Assembly: GCF_006345805.1 (NCBI RefSeq)
Contig: NC_042998.1
Span: 137,516,001-137,580,000, forward strand
Direction of reading: 5' to 3'
Origin: Octopus sinensis
Lineage: Eukaryota
Length of the DNA stretch: 64,000 nt
Position 1 is the first letter of the stretch. The number at the start of each line of letters is the position of its first letter. The position numbers and the translations under genes were made by a program. Of this stretch, positions 13,429 through 27,030 are shown piece by piece. The notes below the pieces were generated by a model. The model was not told the DNA's origin. It made no database searches and worked only from the letters and a program-made list of their open reading frames with translations.

Positions 13429-13805
13429 TTTGATCAAGAGGTCTAATAAGACTAAAACCTGTCTGGAATTGTTTCCTTATTGCCAGTATCAAACTTATTC
13501 TGCATTGCCCACATTTTCTTATTAATTTTGATTAAAATTTCAGGGTTGTCTCCCTTGTCTTTCTTGACCAGAATTGATCATTAAGATATTGATTGTTAGC
13601 ACTAATCTTACCGTTCTGGATTTTTTGTTAGTTTTTTGACTCCTTGCTTTAAATATGTTAGCAAAAAGCCATTGTGTTAAGTTAGTGTTAACATTTTTTT
13701 TAAAGCAGGGAGCTTCAAAATGTTAACTAGGAAAACATATTTAGGCAGCAAGTACAGAAGACAATTCCAGTCATGTTTTGGTCTTATTAGAAGCTCTTCA
13801 GCAAA
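13429..13805. repeat. Inverted pair (13429-13484 +, 13745-13805 -) of degenerate hammerhead-like motifs
   Basis: The two arms align; joint consensus CTGAAGA-GGTCT-AATA-AGACC-(G)AAAC-AT-GTC; both have AAAA instead of GAAA. Confidence 0.5.
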
Positions 13806-16800
13806 ATATAGATTTCACAAACATAGTCATTGACTAATATTTTTTTACACACTATATTTTCTAGTTAGATTTAAAATATTCACTACATTAAATATGTCAA
13901 AACTAACATAATTGCTTTTGTCAAACAGAAGGTAACAAAGGCAAATTTATCTTATGGAGGTTTTTTAGCTTGTCATTGGAATTTTGGTAAAACAGTTAAA
14001 TTCTTCAGGGGGAGGATAAGGTAATTTACCTGAAAAGAGTATGAGTTGTTATTGCTGTTCAACTTCAAATCAACTTTCATCAAGCAGCATACCTTTGACC
14101 AAAGGAATTCCACTTGTGACCATGTAGTAGCTCAACTTACTTAAAATTGTTACCAAATTTCCATATTTTTGTAAAGAGAAAGGAAGAAGTAAATTTGATT
14201 TTAGTATTATGAGACCGTTGGTAATAAGTTTCATCGATCAATATTAAAAACAGAAAAACTAGAAACTTGTTAAAGAATTTCTATTTTTAGTCATCATATT
14301 AAACCTTTGTCTTTAAAGACATAAACATATAAACAAGGTTCTTACCCAAGGTACTACATCAATTATCTCCTTATAGTCTTATGCATGAGTACGACTATGA
14401 TTGTAGTAAATGTGAGAAAAGGAATTGTTTGGATGCAAATAAAAACTAAACTATAATCATCGACGCCAAAATTCATATCAAATGGATTAAAACTATATCA
14501 TTTCAGAAGTAAATCAAACAGGACATTTTTTCCTAGATTCATTTCTCAAAAGGATGAAAGATTATTTTGTTATAGATATACAATCACAAAAGTAAATTCG
14601 GATGAAGAATATTTTCATTTAACTTCTAAAAGTTGAACACATTTAATCCTTTTGTTATTATATTTCTTTTAGAATATATTCTCTTTGTTTCAATTAATTT
14701 TAAAATTAATGAAGAATTGGATTAATATAAGTTATCATTATTAAATGGATTTTTGGAACATAATGTAAAATTTTGATGGGAAGTTTTTATTAAGCTCACA
14801 ATAAAACAGTTTGTATCAAGGAATGTGGAACAATCTCAGTGGGTTGGTAATGAAGTCATTTAAACTATTTTAATATTGATTGCAACTTTATTGAATGTAA
14901 TTTAGTAAAATTTAGAGTTTGGATAAGCTTATGTCATGTCTTTCTTGACTGACGCTTCATCTGAGAGAAAATAGTTTTTCAACTGAAAAATCTTTCTCTC
15001 AGATGAAGAGGCAGTCACTCAATGTTAGGCTCCTCTTCTTACCATGACATATCAAGTTAACCAAACTCATGAACTTCACTATGCAAACCCCTTCCCCCTA
15101 CCAGTTTCCATGAACTGTGTTTTTGACATAAACAATTTGTTATATGTGTTGAATGTATAATGACCCTTAGGACATTCTCAGATCAAAGTTAGTAAAATAG
15201 TTTTTCAAGGTGGATTGGCAATTATTTTGGCTCAATGGCTAACAGCTTAGAGTTAGTTTATAGTCCTATACTTTGATATAACTATTTATATTCCATAATT
15301 TTAAACTGAGATCAACATGAAACCTATAATCTAATGATTGTATCTACACAAGTTGCATAGTTCTAGGCTAGTATTAAAGGTTTCACAGATTAAATCAAGC
15401 ATTTTAAGTTCTACCATAGTATCTTGTTACTGGACATAAATTTATGTTGAATGCAATAAAATAAATCATAAATATTCTCCATGAGAGCTACAGGAGTTCA
15501 TAATATCAATGCTTAGCTTTTGTATCCAGTTACATTATGTAATGGGATTCTCTCTACTGAGTATGATGCTAATCAATTTCAGCCAAGATTTTCCCAGAGA
15601 CCATAAATCATCAAGTCTAATTCACTACAGCACCTCCTAAATACATTACTCCTCAATACTACTACTAATTATAGCAACAATAATGATTATAAAAATGGTT
15701 TCTTTATTAAGTACAATGCTAGTAATTTTGAAGGGAGGAAGTTAATACTATTGGTCCTAGTGCTGATTGTTGGCAGTGACTTCAAAGGTTACTGAAAACG
15801 ACTTATTCAAACTGTCATCAATCATTGTAATATCACATTTACAGATCCTTTCATTCTTTACTCACTAAAATCAATCTAGACACACACATTCACCATTTTC
15901 TATTTAGCCATTGCAACTGCCCACACTAACCCTTTAGGCTAATCTAGGGAGATCACTCATGATTCTATGGTACAGGCTTCCTGTTTAAAGTGATTCGAAT
16001 TAAAACCTTCCTTCAAAATTTAATATTAATTTATGTTCCAAATACCAGCTTATTAATGACAAAGTAGTTTTAATACATTCATTATTTTCAAAATTAGTTG
16101 AAACTAAGGCAGTTTACTAAAACTAAAACATAACAAAATATGGTTAAATAATTATATATATAATTTCTTCAAAAAGCATGAGAAGTTGAAATGTTTGTGC
16201 TTTTCTCACAGAATAACTTCAACATATATTTTTCATCATTGCATTTCTCTCCTTTTTACTTAGTAATCAACAAAAGTTTAGCAAAACTATTTCTACAGGG
16301 TGTTGCATAAAGATGGGACTTATGGCCATGATTATATTTTTTATTTTTCTTGAGCCCTAGGACTCAAAAAGCTTGTCACCTGGTTCCTATGGTGTATAGA
16401 TGACCAAGATCACAACATTCCCTTCTGAATGGGATACCAGTCCATTGCAGGGTCAAGGCCAGAAATTTTTTTGATTGGAGGGAACAAATCAGTTACATCA
16501 ACTTCCAGTATCTGACTGTTACTTTATTTTATTGATCCCCAAGGGATGAAAGGCAAAGTAGACCTGAGCAGGATTTGAGCTTTATCTGACAGGCTAACAA
16601 TTCTGCCAGCTCATTACCATGATTATATATCATAACACTTTATGCACTGGGGTCGATTTAATCAACTTAATCCGCTTGTCTGTCCTTGTTTGTCCCCTCT
16701 GTGTTTAGCCCCTTGTGGGTAGTAAAGAAATATATTATAACACTTTCTTTAATAACTGTGTTTGTTCTAGTCCTTTGTATATTTAAAATATGTCCCATCA

Positions 16801-18984
16801 ATACAAGACACCCTTTATAATTTGGTTTTCTGTTTAATCATGTTATTGTGCCGGCCAATTCCTGCTAGTGTTTTTTTTTGTTTTTATTTTTTTTTAATCT
16901 TTCCGAAACCTGAAGAACATTTTGAACCGTTGATTTCTCTGGTTTGGAATAAATCATTTTATGAAACCAAAACAGAATCTTGAACAATTTGCAAGAGACT
17001 TGTTTCTCCTATATAATCTCATTATTTGCCTTGATTATTTATTTTTTAAAACAATAAATGTTTGTTTTTTTCCAATGGATGTTTTCTTCTTATTTTCTTT
17101 CAAGATTTGTCTCTTTTATTGCAGGCAATTTTTAAATTGAACAAGTAAATCTAGATAATAATGCACATGTATTAAATCTTTCACTCTAGTTCCAAATCAC
17201 ATATTCTATTTTTTTTCTTCAGTTATTGCACTGCAGCCATGCTGGAGCTTCTCATTGAAGAAATAAATCAAATAATTTAACCCCAGTACTCTCTTATTGA
17301 ATTAAATTACAATGACATGACATAAATTAACACCTGTTAAGTAGTGTAGGAGCAAACACAAATATATGTACACATAAATATATGTGCTTACATGCATACA
17401 CACACACACACATATATATATATGAAAAGTTACCACAAAATTTACAATATTCACGCACAAGGCATTGGTCAGTCTAGTATTTATAGTTGATGACACTGAT
17501 ATCAAAGATACTTTACAACATAGAAGTGAGACTAAAATCCCCTGGTTGTGAAGCAGGCTTCTTAACTACACAGCCATGCTTGCACCTACAGTAGAAAATT
17601 AACTGATTCAGCTAATGGTGATAAATTTGAAACAGTAGATTTTTAGGTGTGAAGAAAAGACTTTAAAATAATACAGCAAAAGACAATAAAAAAATATATA
17701 CAAATTGTCAATTAAAATGTCACTGAAAAACTAATATTGATATAAAGTGAAAGAGAGATTGAATATTACAAAAGAACATATCTACTGGTGTTAGTGTCAT
17801 GATAAACATGTTCAGTTTGCACCATTACATTAGTTCAAAACAGCAAAAAACAATCATCCAAAATCATCATCATCATCACCATTTAGCATCTGTTGCCCAT
17901 GCTGGCATGGGTTGGATAGTTTGACTTGGGCTGGTAAGCTGAGGGGCTGCACCAGACTTGTCTGATTTGGCATGGTTTCTACAGCTTGATGCCCTTCCTC
18001 ACGCCAACCACTCCAAGAGTGTAATGGGTACTTTTACATGACACCGATATTTGCCACAGCTATGATTTCATTTGGTTTGATGGGTCTTCTCAGCACAGCA
18101 TATTGCCAAAGGTCTTGGTCATTTGTCATTGCATCCATGAGGCCCAGCACTCAGAAGGTGCTTTTTACATGCCATGGGCATGGGTGCTAAGCAGGCTGCA
18201 AAAACTCCATGAAATCCATCAACAGAGCTAGTTGACAGTCTTAGAAATCAAAACATGTAAAATATTGCTATATTTCAAACTTGTCCAACCAATAGAAAAC
18301 TTGACACAAAACCAAAATTTGTCTCCAGTTTACAGGTCCACAAGGCAGGACTTTATCGCAGTTTCCTTAAGCAACTAAGAGTTCAAGATTATCTCTTGAT
18401 CTTGAACACTAGCCCATCACACAGGATTAACACCCACCCCCCACCCAGTTATTGCTGGTACTCATTTTCAGCTGAGTGGGTTGAAAAAATGTTGAATGGA
18501 GTGTCTTGCGTAGAATATTGTCCAGTCCAAGAATCAAACCCATGACCAAATTATCATAAACCTAACACCCAAACTACTAACTATGCTCATTCACACACAC
18601 CTACATACGTGTATTTTCTTTGCATTTTTAATATTAATCAGGGAAGAAAAAGTAGTGCCCATGACCTTTACAAACCTTTCTAGACTGGTGAGACTGAGAA
18701 TCTAATGCCCAGAACAAATTTTACAGGGAAACCATGATCTTTGAATGAGATGAACTAGACTAAATACACTCAAGAACTTAGTTATGTATGTATATATGTT
18801 CCCACATGTCCTCATGCTATCACAGTTTGAGCATTTGATTTTCATGCAACTGTAATCTTCAGGTGAGAACCATTACAATTTTATATTGGTGGTATATTTA
18901 AATCCTTTGGTTTGTGTGGTCTAGTGCTTGTGTTTTTTCATTGCTTGGCTTATCATGTATATTGGTCAGTTGATGGTTTTCAAT

Positions 18985-19330
18985 ATAATCTATAAAGCAA
19001 ACAATTTCACAAAAGGACAAATAAAAATTACATCGATGCCAATAGGCAAGCTTTTAAAGACACATGCACATTCTGGATCATGTACAAAAGGAATGCAACA
19101 TCCTTCTCTAAATATCTCTGGGAGATAAAGGAAAGCAACAACACTGGAATCATTGAACACAAAGTTATAGATCATGCACTGTCATATATTAACAGCTCTG
19201 GTAATAACACAAAATCACACAATATACACATTTTAAATAAGAGAAATCAAATCATATCACATTGTAGACAGCAAAAATTCATGTTCAGAAAAAAGATCTT
19301 AACTCCAAATGGGATAAAATAAACACCAAA
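18985..19330 (+). mobile_element. Penelope-like GIY-YIG C-terminal fragment
   Basis: RNATSFSKYLWEIKE and ILNKRNQIISHCRQ. Confidence 0.7.
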
Positions 19331-19402
19331 AATTCACACCCAAAGGCATAGCACACACACACACACAAATATAAAACATGAAACAAAAATACTTCACACA
19401 TA

Positions 19403-20270
19403 CAGGGTGTTCAGGTTAAATTTGACAGTTTGCCTAAAAAAAAAAGAACGCCCAATATCCCATCCAAAAATAAAAGTATTTAAAAAAAATTTTTTAATAT
19501 CAACTAGATTATGGCTGGGAGATATCTGTTTACTCAAAGTAGCAGCCCCCAGCTTGCACCACAGCCTTAACATAGCTCCAGAACCTGGCACATGCATTTC
19601 TCAGTGTCCCAGGGAAGATCATTGAACATCTCCATGATTTTGGACACCAGCTTGGTTTCGGTATTGCAAGCAGAGTGATCAGTGTCTTTCTCAACTGTAC
19701 CCCATGTTCAGTGATCCATAGGATTACTATCAAGGGAATTAGGAAATCAGAAATTGGGACTGGTGAAGTCATAAAAATTCTTAACCACTTTTGACTCTTC
19801 CCAGAGCCAAATCCTGCTGCCACACATACAGCTTTCCAGAAGCAACTCTTTCCAGCTAGCAATTGACCATAGTTCATAGCAGCTTCACATAGCTGACTGA
19901 ATTGACCTTGAGGTCCTTTCATCAGTTGTTGGATGAATTGCAGCATGCAGATGCAGTCAGAATGCTTGTTGTGTCCCTTCTTGCAGGTCATTGCTTTGTA
20001 GTCTTAATTGCAGCTGTCCGTGTCACATCTTATAGCCTTTACAGTGTTCACAGAGCACTGAGTAGCAGTCATGATGTCAGCATTTTGATACCCAGCCTGA
20101 ATCATCATAATGCAGGTAATTCTTTTCCAATATTCAGATGGCTTCCAATCTTCCAAGTAGACTAACTTTTTCTCAACTACAAGTTTAATCTTTATGCTTT
20201 CCAACATCGTTGACTGTTCACTAATATATCAAGCTGTTTCTGAATCATCAAATTTAGCATAAACATCCTG
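19403..20270 (-). mobile_element. Internally deleted Tc1/mariner-superfamily transposon
   Basis: TIRs cagggtgttcaggttaaatttga / tcaaatttagcataaacatcctg, TA on both flanks; decayed YVWQQD and PNSxDxNPMD motifs, C-terminal VKAVVQAGGCYFE*. Confidence 0.8.
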
Positions 20271-22400
20271 TACATAGCATGCAAAATATGCACTCACTAC
20301 CTTGGTATAATCATCATCATCATTTGACATTCATTTTCTATGCTAGCATGGGCTGGGCAGTTTGACAAGACTCAGCAAAGTTACAAAGCTGCATTGTACT
20401 CCCACATCAACTTCGGCATGGTTTCTACAGTTGGATGCCCTTCCTAATGACAACCACTTTATAAAGTGTACTAGGTGCTTTTTTCAAGCCACTGGCACTA
20501 ATGAGGTTGCCATGTAACTTGTTAGGTAGGAAAAGAACGGAAAAAGAAGCTTCCACTAAGAGGGGAAGGTGGAGGTGAATGGCTTTATGCTATATTGAAA
20601 GGCTAAAGCATGATAGAGGGACAAGCACAGGTGTCTTGCTACAGATGAGATACATAGCTGAAGGAGATAAAAGGAAGCAAGTAACAGGGTGTTGGAGCAA
20701 ACTTTTAAGGTATAAGAGCATGAGCATAAGAAAGGGTACAGACAGTGGATTTTTTCATAACTTTGTTGGAGGGAGTAACAGGTAGTTAGAGATGGTCGTT
20801 GAGGTGAATATAATGAGTAACAAACAAAGCTGCAGTTGAAGGAGTATCTGTATGGACAGGAGTAAAGTGAGAGATATAGGAGTGGCACAGGATGGAGAAT
20901 AAGTCAGAAAGTAATGGAATGATGTGCAAGGTGTAGGAGCAGTGGAGTGGGAGATATAGGATACATAAGGGGCTACAGTAAATGGGGAATGCTGATAATA
21001 TACGAGAGGGTTTTGAAAATGATAGTATTAGGAACAGAAGCACAGCAAGGAAGTGATTGGTAGAAATAACATCAGCAGGATTGATTATGAGAAATGGAAG
21101 TTCCAAGTGGGAGAAGTGAGGAGTATAATATGTACCGATTCTGTTCCCATGTAATTACAACAGCCAATTAGTGCTATAGATGGAGAATTGGGGGAAATGC
21201 TTGACACATCAGATGGGGAGGAGTTTGGGCAGAGTCCTGCACATACAATCATATATTCAAAAGAAAAAAAAGCTCTAGGAATGGCTGTGTGGTAAGGAAG
21301 CTTGACAACTGGTGTTGGTTTATTCATGTACCTGTAACTTAACAGTTTGGCGAAACAAGCTGATAGAATAAGTACCAAGCTTTAAAAAAATAAAGTACTG
21401 GAGTAAATTCATTCAACTAAATTTATTCAAGATGGCATCACAGTCTAATGACTGAAACAATTGAAAGAAAATAAAAGAGATATACATAATATGCCCATAT
21501 AGACAACACAACTCAGACTTCAAAAAAAAAAAACATTCACTAGAATGACAGGTTGTTATTGTTGTTGTTAACAGAAAGAGAGAAAGAGTGAGTGAGAATG
21601 TGTGCATGACTAATGTGGAAAACAATATCCCTAAGCATATTCACATTAAAATTTGTTTCAAGGAAAAAAAAACAGGTTGTAAAGTATATCAATGATCATG
21701 ATAGTGGGCTTCTTTTGAAGGATCTATTTCATCTTTCATCTTACCAGCAGCAGGTAATTACTAGTAAGCTTAAAAAGCCAACCAGTGAGCAAGCACTAGG
21801 CCACACACCAAAGAATATAAATATATCACCAATACCAAGTTCTAACAGTTTTCACCTGAAGATAGCATGAAACTTGAGTCACAAAGCAAACTCAGTTTCA
21901 ATGGAAAAAGAACCTAAACCCTCTAAAATGTGTATTCAAGCATTCCTCTCTCATTCATCTGGCATAAACTAATGTGTGTGTGGTCAAGTGGTCAGAGTGC
22001 TGGAATCATGATCATAAAATTGTGGGTTCAATTTCTAGACTAGGTAACACATTGTGTTCTTGAGCAAGACACTTCCTTTCACTTTACTCCAATCTACTCA
22101 GCTGAAAATGAATATCAGATATCAAGATTTTTGTTTCCTGTTGTTTCCTTAGTTTATTCAAAATATGAAATTGTAAATAAAGGACAATGGAAAAAGCATC
22201 TTACAAGAAGACATTGCTACGTGGTTAAGAAGCTCACTTGACTTTCATATGCTTTCAGGTTCATTTCCACAGTCCAGCACTTTGGGCAAGTGTCTTCTAT
22301 AATGCCTTATGAGTGAATTTGGTAGACAGAAACTGCATGAAAGTACATAATATATAAAAAAGAGAGATTACAAAGGAATAAAGGATTATCTTATGAACTT

Positions 22401-22487
22401 CATAGCTTACAGCTGTTTCTGCTGTAAGATGCAGAAGACTCATAGTTCAGTGCCTGAGTAACATTTTATAGCTTCATCAGAGCCTCG
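22401..22487 (-). ncRNA. Type I hammerhead ribozyme motif with long stem II
   Basis: Minus strand: cgaggct-CTGATGA-agctataaaatg...catcttacagca-GAAA-c-agct-GTA-agctatg; palindromic AGCT loop III. Confidence 0.7.
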
Positions 22488-22772
22488 GGTTATTAATCTC
22501 GTAATACCTAAACTAAATATTAAAACAAACGTGTGTGTGTGTGTGCGCCACCACTTGACAAATAATGTTAGTTTGTTTACATCCTTGTAACTTAGTTTAG
22601 TAAAAAAAAACAGAAGTACCAGGACTTGAACACAAATGTATTGGGGTTGATTTATTTGACTAAATCTTTCAATGAGGTGCACCAACATGGCTACAGTCCA
22701 ATGACTGAAAGAAAGAAAGAAAGATAGAAAGCTGGTCTCTTTCATTAGTAATGATATAAATAAATAAACAAT

Positions 22773-23039
22773 TGCAGCACGGAAGGTGTTTATAAGCCAT
22801 TTAAAAACACACAAAAACCATTAGATTCACTTCCACATTTAAATTTAATTTGTCAAAATATTTTTGTCACTTTGAGACCACGACCTGTTCACTGACAAAA
22901 CTCCATGCTGCATCTAGGAATGTTTGTCAGTGAACAGTTTGTGGTCTCAAAGCAACGAAAATATTTTGACAAATTAAATTTAAATGTTGAAGTGAATCTA
23001 ATGGTTTTTGTGTGTTTCTTAAATGGCTTCCATGCTGCA
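22773..23039. mobile_element. Head-to-head dimer of a TGCAGCACGGA-terminated MITE-like repeat (about 120-bp arms)
   Basis: 22773-22912 has its own TIRs; 22916-23039 is its reverse complement; same termini at 58219-58270. Confidence 0.75.
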
Positions 23040-23058
23040 ATTGAAAACAAAATATATA

Positions 23059-23249
23059 CGAGGAGTGCTGCAAAGTTCCTGGCCTTAAGGGCATCATCTT
23101 CCAAGTTCGTTTACATGGCTTAGATAAACTGAAGGGCTACTGCAATACTTGTGTCAGTCTGAGATGGAATTATGTTGAATAAAATCATAATTAACTGATC
23201 TTCCTTTATTTTCTTTTACCTGAAGCCAGGAACTTTCAGTGCCCCCTTG
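23059..23249. mobile_element. Mariner-derived MITE
   Basis: TA-cgaggagtgctgcaaagttcctggc ... gccaggaactttcagtgcccccttg-TA. Confidence 0.75.
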
Positions 23250-23276
23250 TATATATAATTACTGACATTAAAATAG

Positions 23277-23996
23277 GTTACTCAGGGAACACCACTGTGG
23301 GTTAAGTTTTGAGGCATCTAAGGCTATTTGTTTGACAAATACATTGAACACAGTAATAAAAAACGAAAAAGGCATTGGAGGAGCAATGCATACCTGCGTG
23401 CTGATAAATTTTTTGCAAATTATAGTATGACTTACAATGTGTTGCTTACCCATGCTTTTTAATTGAACTGAGTTAATTCTATTATTTTTTTTTAAGTATC
23501 ACCATTATAGGTATTTATACTCTGGTGAAACTAAGAAATCAACTCATAAACAAAGCCCTCAAATCCATCGTACCCACATGTCAATGCACATAGGTATACC
23601 ATGATTTATACACATGCAGACAAGGGTCAATTCATATGAAAAAGGAGGTGAACAAAATGAAATACTTATAGAAAATATTGCAAAGAATTTGAGAATTGTG
23701 TCACCATTATAGGTACTTATACTCCAGTGAAATTAAGAAATCAACTCATAAATAAACGAAACCTTCGAATCCATCACTACACAGACACACACAGTCACAT
23801 ATCTTTGTATGAATTTATATATGTTTGAAGATAATCAAACCGAATTTTCATCATTTCAAGCCACTCACCAAATGAATATTTCTGCCAAATTTAGTGGAAA
23901 TCTGTTCAGCTGTTTTCCAGTAATTTTGCAAACATACAAATAGACAAAGACAAGTGATTACAATACCCTGCTTTCACTTATGTGCACAGGGTAACA
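23277..23996 (+). mobile_element. Probable Helentron/DINE-1-like non-autonomous element with an internal ~70-bp direct repeat (23499-23570, 23701-23775)
   Basis: 3' end ...tacaataccctg...cagggtaacaaa hairpin; visible internal duplication. Confidence 0.4.
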
Positions 23997-24912
23997 AACA
24001 CCAACATTTCTATATACTTGTACAGGAGAGACTATGCGTGGTAATTTAAATTCTGAAGTTGTTGATAAAACATGTTAAGTACATGTTAAAGAAAAGACAA
24101 ATCAATAAAAGTTCAAGGAAATTAAGGGTGGTGTGTGTCAGCAATTTCCTTTTTCTCCATCTTCCTTCTTTTATTTTCTCTTACTCGTTTTGGTCATATG
24201 ACTGCACCCATACTGGAGCACTGCCTTGAAAAGTTTAATCATATAAATCAACTCCAGTACACATTCTATCGGTGTCTTTTGCTGAAGCATTACATTACTG
24301 GGACATAAACAAACCAACACTAGTTAAGTGAAAGGGAAGGACAAAAAACACATGTGTATGTATACACATGCAGTTTCCATCTACCAAATTCACTCATAAG
24401 GTATTGGTCAGCCTGTGGATATAGTAGAAGACACTTGCCCAAGGTGCCGTGCAGTAGTACTGAACCTGAAACCATGTGCTTGTAAAGTGAGCTTCTTAAC
24501 CACACAGCCATGCCTGCACCTAGATAAAGTATATTTTATAAGTTTATGAACCACTAGGAGAAGAAAGTTCTGGAATTTAAGGCCAAGTCCTTTGTCAGAA
24601 AGTGAAAAACATTTGTGTCATTTATCAAAGCCAGTACTAATGAAGAATCAAATTATTTACAAATGTGAAGAAGTTCATTTCTTTTATTTAAATTATTGAT
24701 GTTTTGAGTCAAAATTCTCAGTTTTTTACTCAAAGGTTACACTGCATCCTTGATTTCAAGCTTCTGTTCCTATAAGGTTGTGTATTGTTTAAAATAGTCC
24801 GTGTAATTTTGAATTCATGAAGACTTGTCTCATGCAAGAACCATATAAACTTCAACAAAGTCATAGCACAATTTCTGTTGGAGCTGACAAATGAATGCTT
24901 GTTTGTAATACC

Positions 24913-24973
24913 GGTGATTGTCGTACGCTGATGATGGGTCAAGACCCAGAAACTGCAATCCGTGCGTATCACT
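24913..24973 (+). ncRNA. Type I hammerhead ribozyme motif, minimal stem III
   Basis: ggtgat-tgt-cgtacg-CTGATGA-tgggtc/gaccca-GAAA-ctgca-ATC-cgtgcg-t-atcact; intact core boxes, perfect stem II, two-part stem I. Confidence 0.8.
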
Positions 24974-27030
24974 TAGGTTGACGAGGGAAGGATGACCTCC
25001 CTTTGCAAATACTGATAGGGCACAGAAAGTGTGCCTATAGCCAGCTGGAGGAGATGTTCTGGGGCTACAAGCTACAGTAACACCCACCCTTAGTGGTTAG
25101 CCATATTGAGATGGCAAATATACCTGATATTGATATCATTAACTCGTTTTACAGCTACACTCATACATACAAATACATCAAGTAGAAGACACTTACCCAA
25201 GATGCTGCACAGTGGAATTGAACCCAAGACCACATGTTTGGGGAGCAAACCTCTCTATCACACAGTGATATCTTAATTTAGGCATTGGAAGTATTTATAG
25301 ATGCAGGTGCAGCTGTGTGGTAAGAAGTTTGCTTCTCAACCACATAGTTCCAGGTTCAATCCCAATACATGGCACCTTGGGCAAGTATCTTCTACTATAG
25401 CCTCAGGCCAGCCAAAGCCTTGTGTGGATTTGGGAGACAGAAACTGAAAGAAGCTTGTCATAAATGTATGTATGTGTGTGTCTTTGTGTGCATCCCCTGC
25501 TACTGCTTGAGAACCAGTGTTGATGTGTTTACATCCCTGTAACTTAGCAGTTCAGCAAAAGAGACCAATAGAATAAGTACCAGGCTTTAAAAATAACTAC
25601 TGGGGGTCGATTCTTTTGACTAAAATTCTTCAGCATGGCCACAGTCTAATGACTGAAACAAGTGAAAGATAAAAGGAAAGATAAGACACAGCTCCAGGCT
25701 GAAAAACCCAAATGGAGAATCAGCCATGATTTACAGAGTTCCTGGGGTTTTTCTTGTATAATGAGGTTAGTAAATTCCTAACACAGAGAGGTGAAGGTGG
25801 CAGGAGAGTTTAAGAGGTGAGACATGGGTTTCAGGATGCCTGGGACATTATTATGGACACCCAATGAGTGTTTTCAGAAACAATCACCCACAGTGCTTGT
25901 GTCAGAATATTCAGCTCCCTAAAATGTGCACCCACTTCTCTTAGACCAACGACGTACTCTTCTTCTCTCGCCCCAACTAGACACTCAACTGTCTCCAATG
26001 ACTTACCCTAACTGACTATAAAGCCCTCCTCTCTTCAGCACCTCATTCCAATACTCCTTCCATTCTCTCATGTTCCAAGAGTGGTCATTCCTGCTCTCTT
26101 TCTTATCTTACTGAGAGTTGATTTTTTTTTTTTTTGTCTTTTGGCTTTTTTTTTTTAAATCAAAGAAATTGATTAAAATTTTAATTGTTCAGAATTTGTG
26201 CAGCACACTCACATGTTGGCACCCAAAGCAATAACCTTGGGAACCTGTGTGTAGTACCAGGCCTGATCATTCAGAAAATGACTTGTACAGCTCATATCAC
26301 AACCACATAGTTTTTGGTTCAGTTCCACTGTACCTTGAGTACATGTCTTCTACAATAGGCCCAGACAAAGCAATGTGAGACAATATGACAGACAGAAATT
26401 GTATGAAAGCCATTGAATATATAGGTGTGCTTCAGTTTTCTGTCCTCACTGCTTAACAACTGGTGTTAGTTTATTTACATTCCTATAGCTTAGCAGTTTA
26501 GAAAAACAGACAGGTAAAATAAGAACTAGATTTGAATTTGTGTCAATTTGTTTGACTACACTCTTCAAATTATTGCCACAGTATGGCTGCACTCCAATGA
26601 TTGAAACAAGTAAAAAGATTATGAAATACAATCATCAATGTGGTTTTATAAAAGGATATATAAAAGCTGTACATTATATAATAATATCAACAATTATTCT
26701 TTTCCCCTTTTCATAAATTATTCAGAATAATCTCAAATAAATAGAATGCAAATTCTATTATTCTAACTTGAGTTACAGCGTGATAGTATTTAAATGAAAG
26801 GGAGATAACTCTGAGCAAGCAACTAGAATTTCCTATGGCGAATCAGTTTCAAATTTTGAACTTTTCTTTTACTTGTTTGTCATTTGACTGCGGCCAAGCT
26901 GGAGCACCACCTTTAGTCGAACAAATCAACCCCAGAACTCTTTCTTTGTAAGCCCAATACTTATTCTAACGGTTCTTTTGCCGAATTGCTAAGTTACGAG
27001 ATTGTCAAGCGATGATGGGAGTACAAATAC

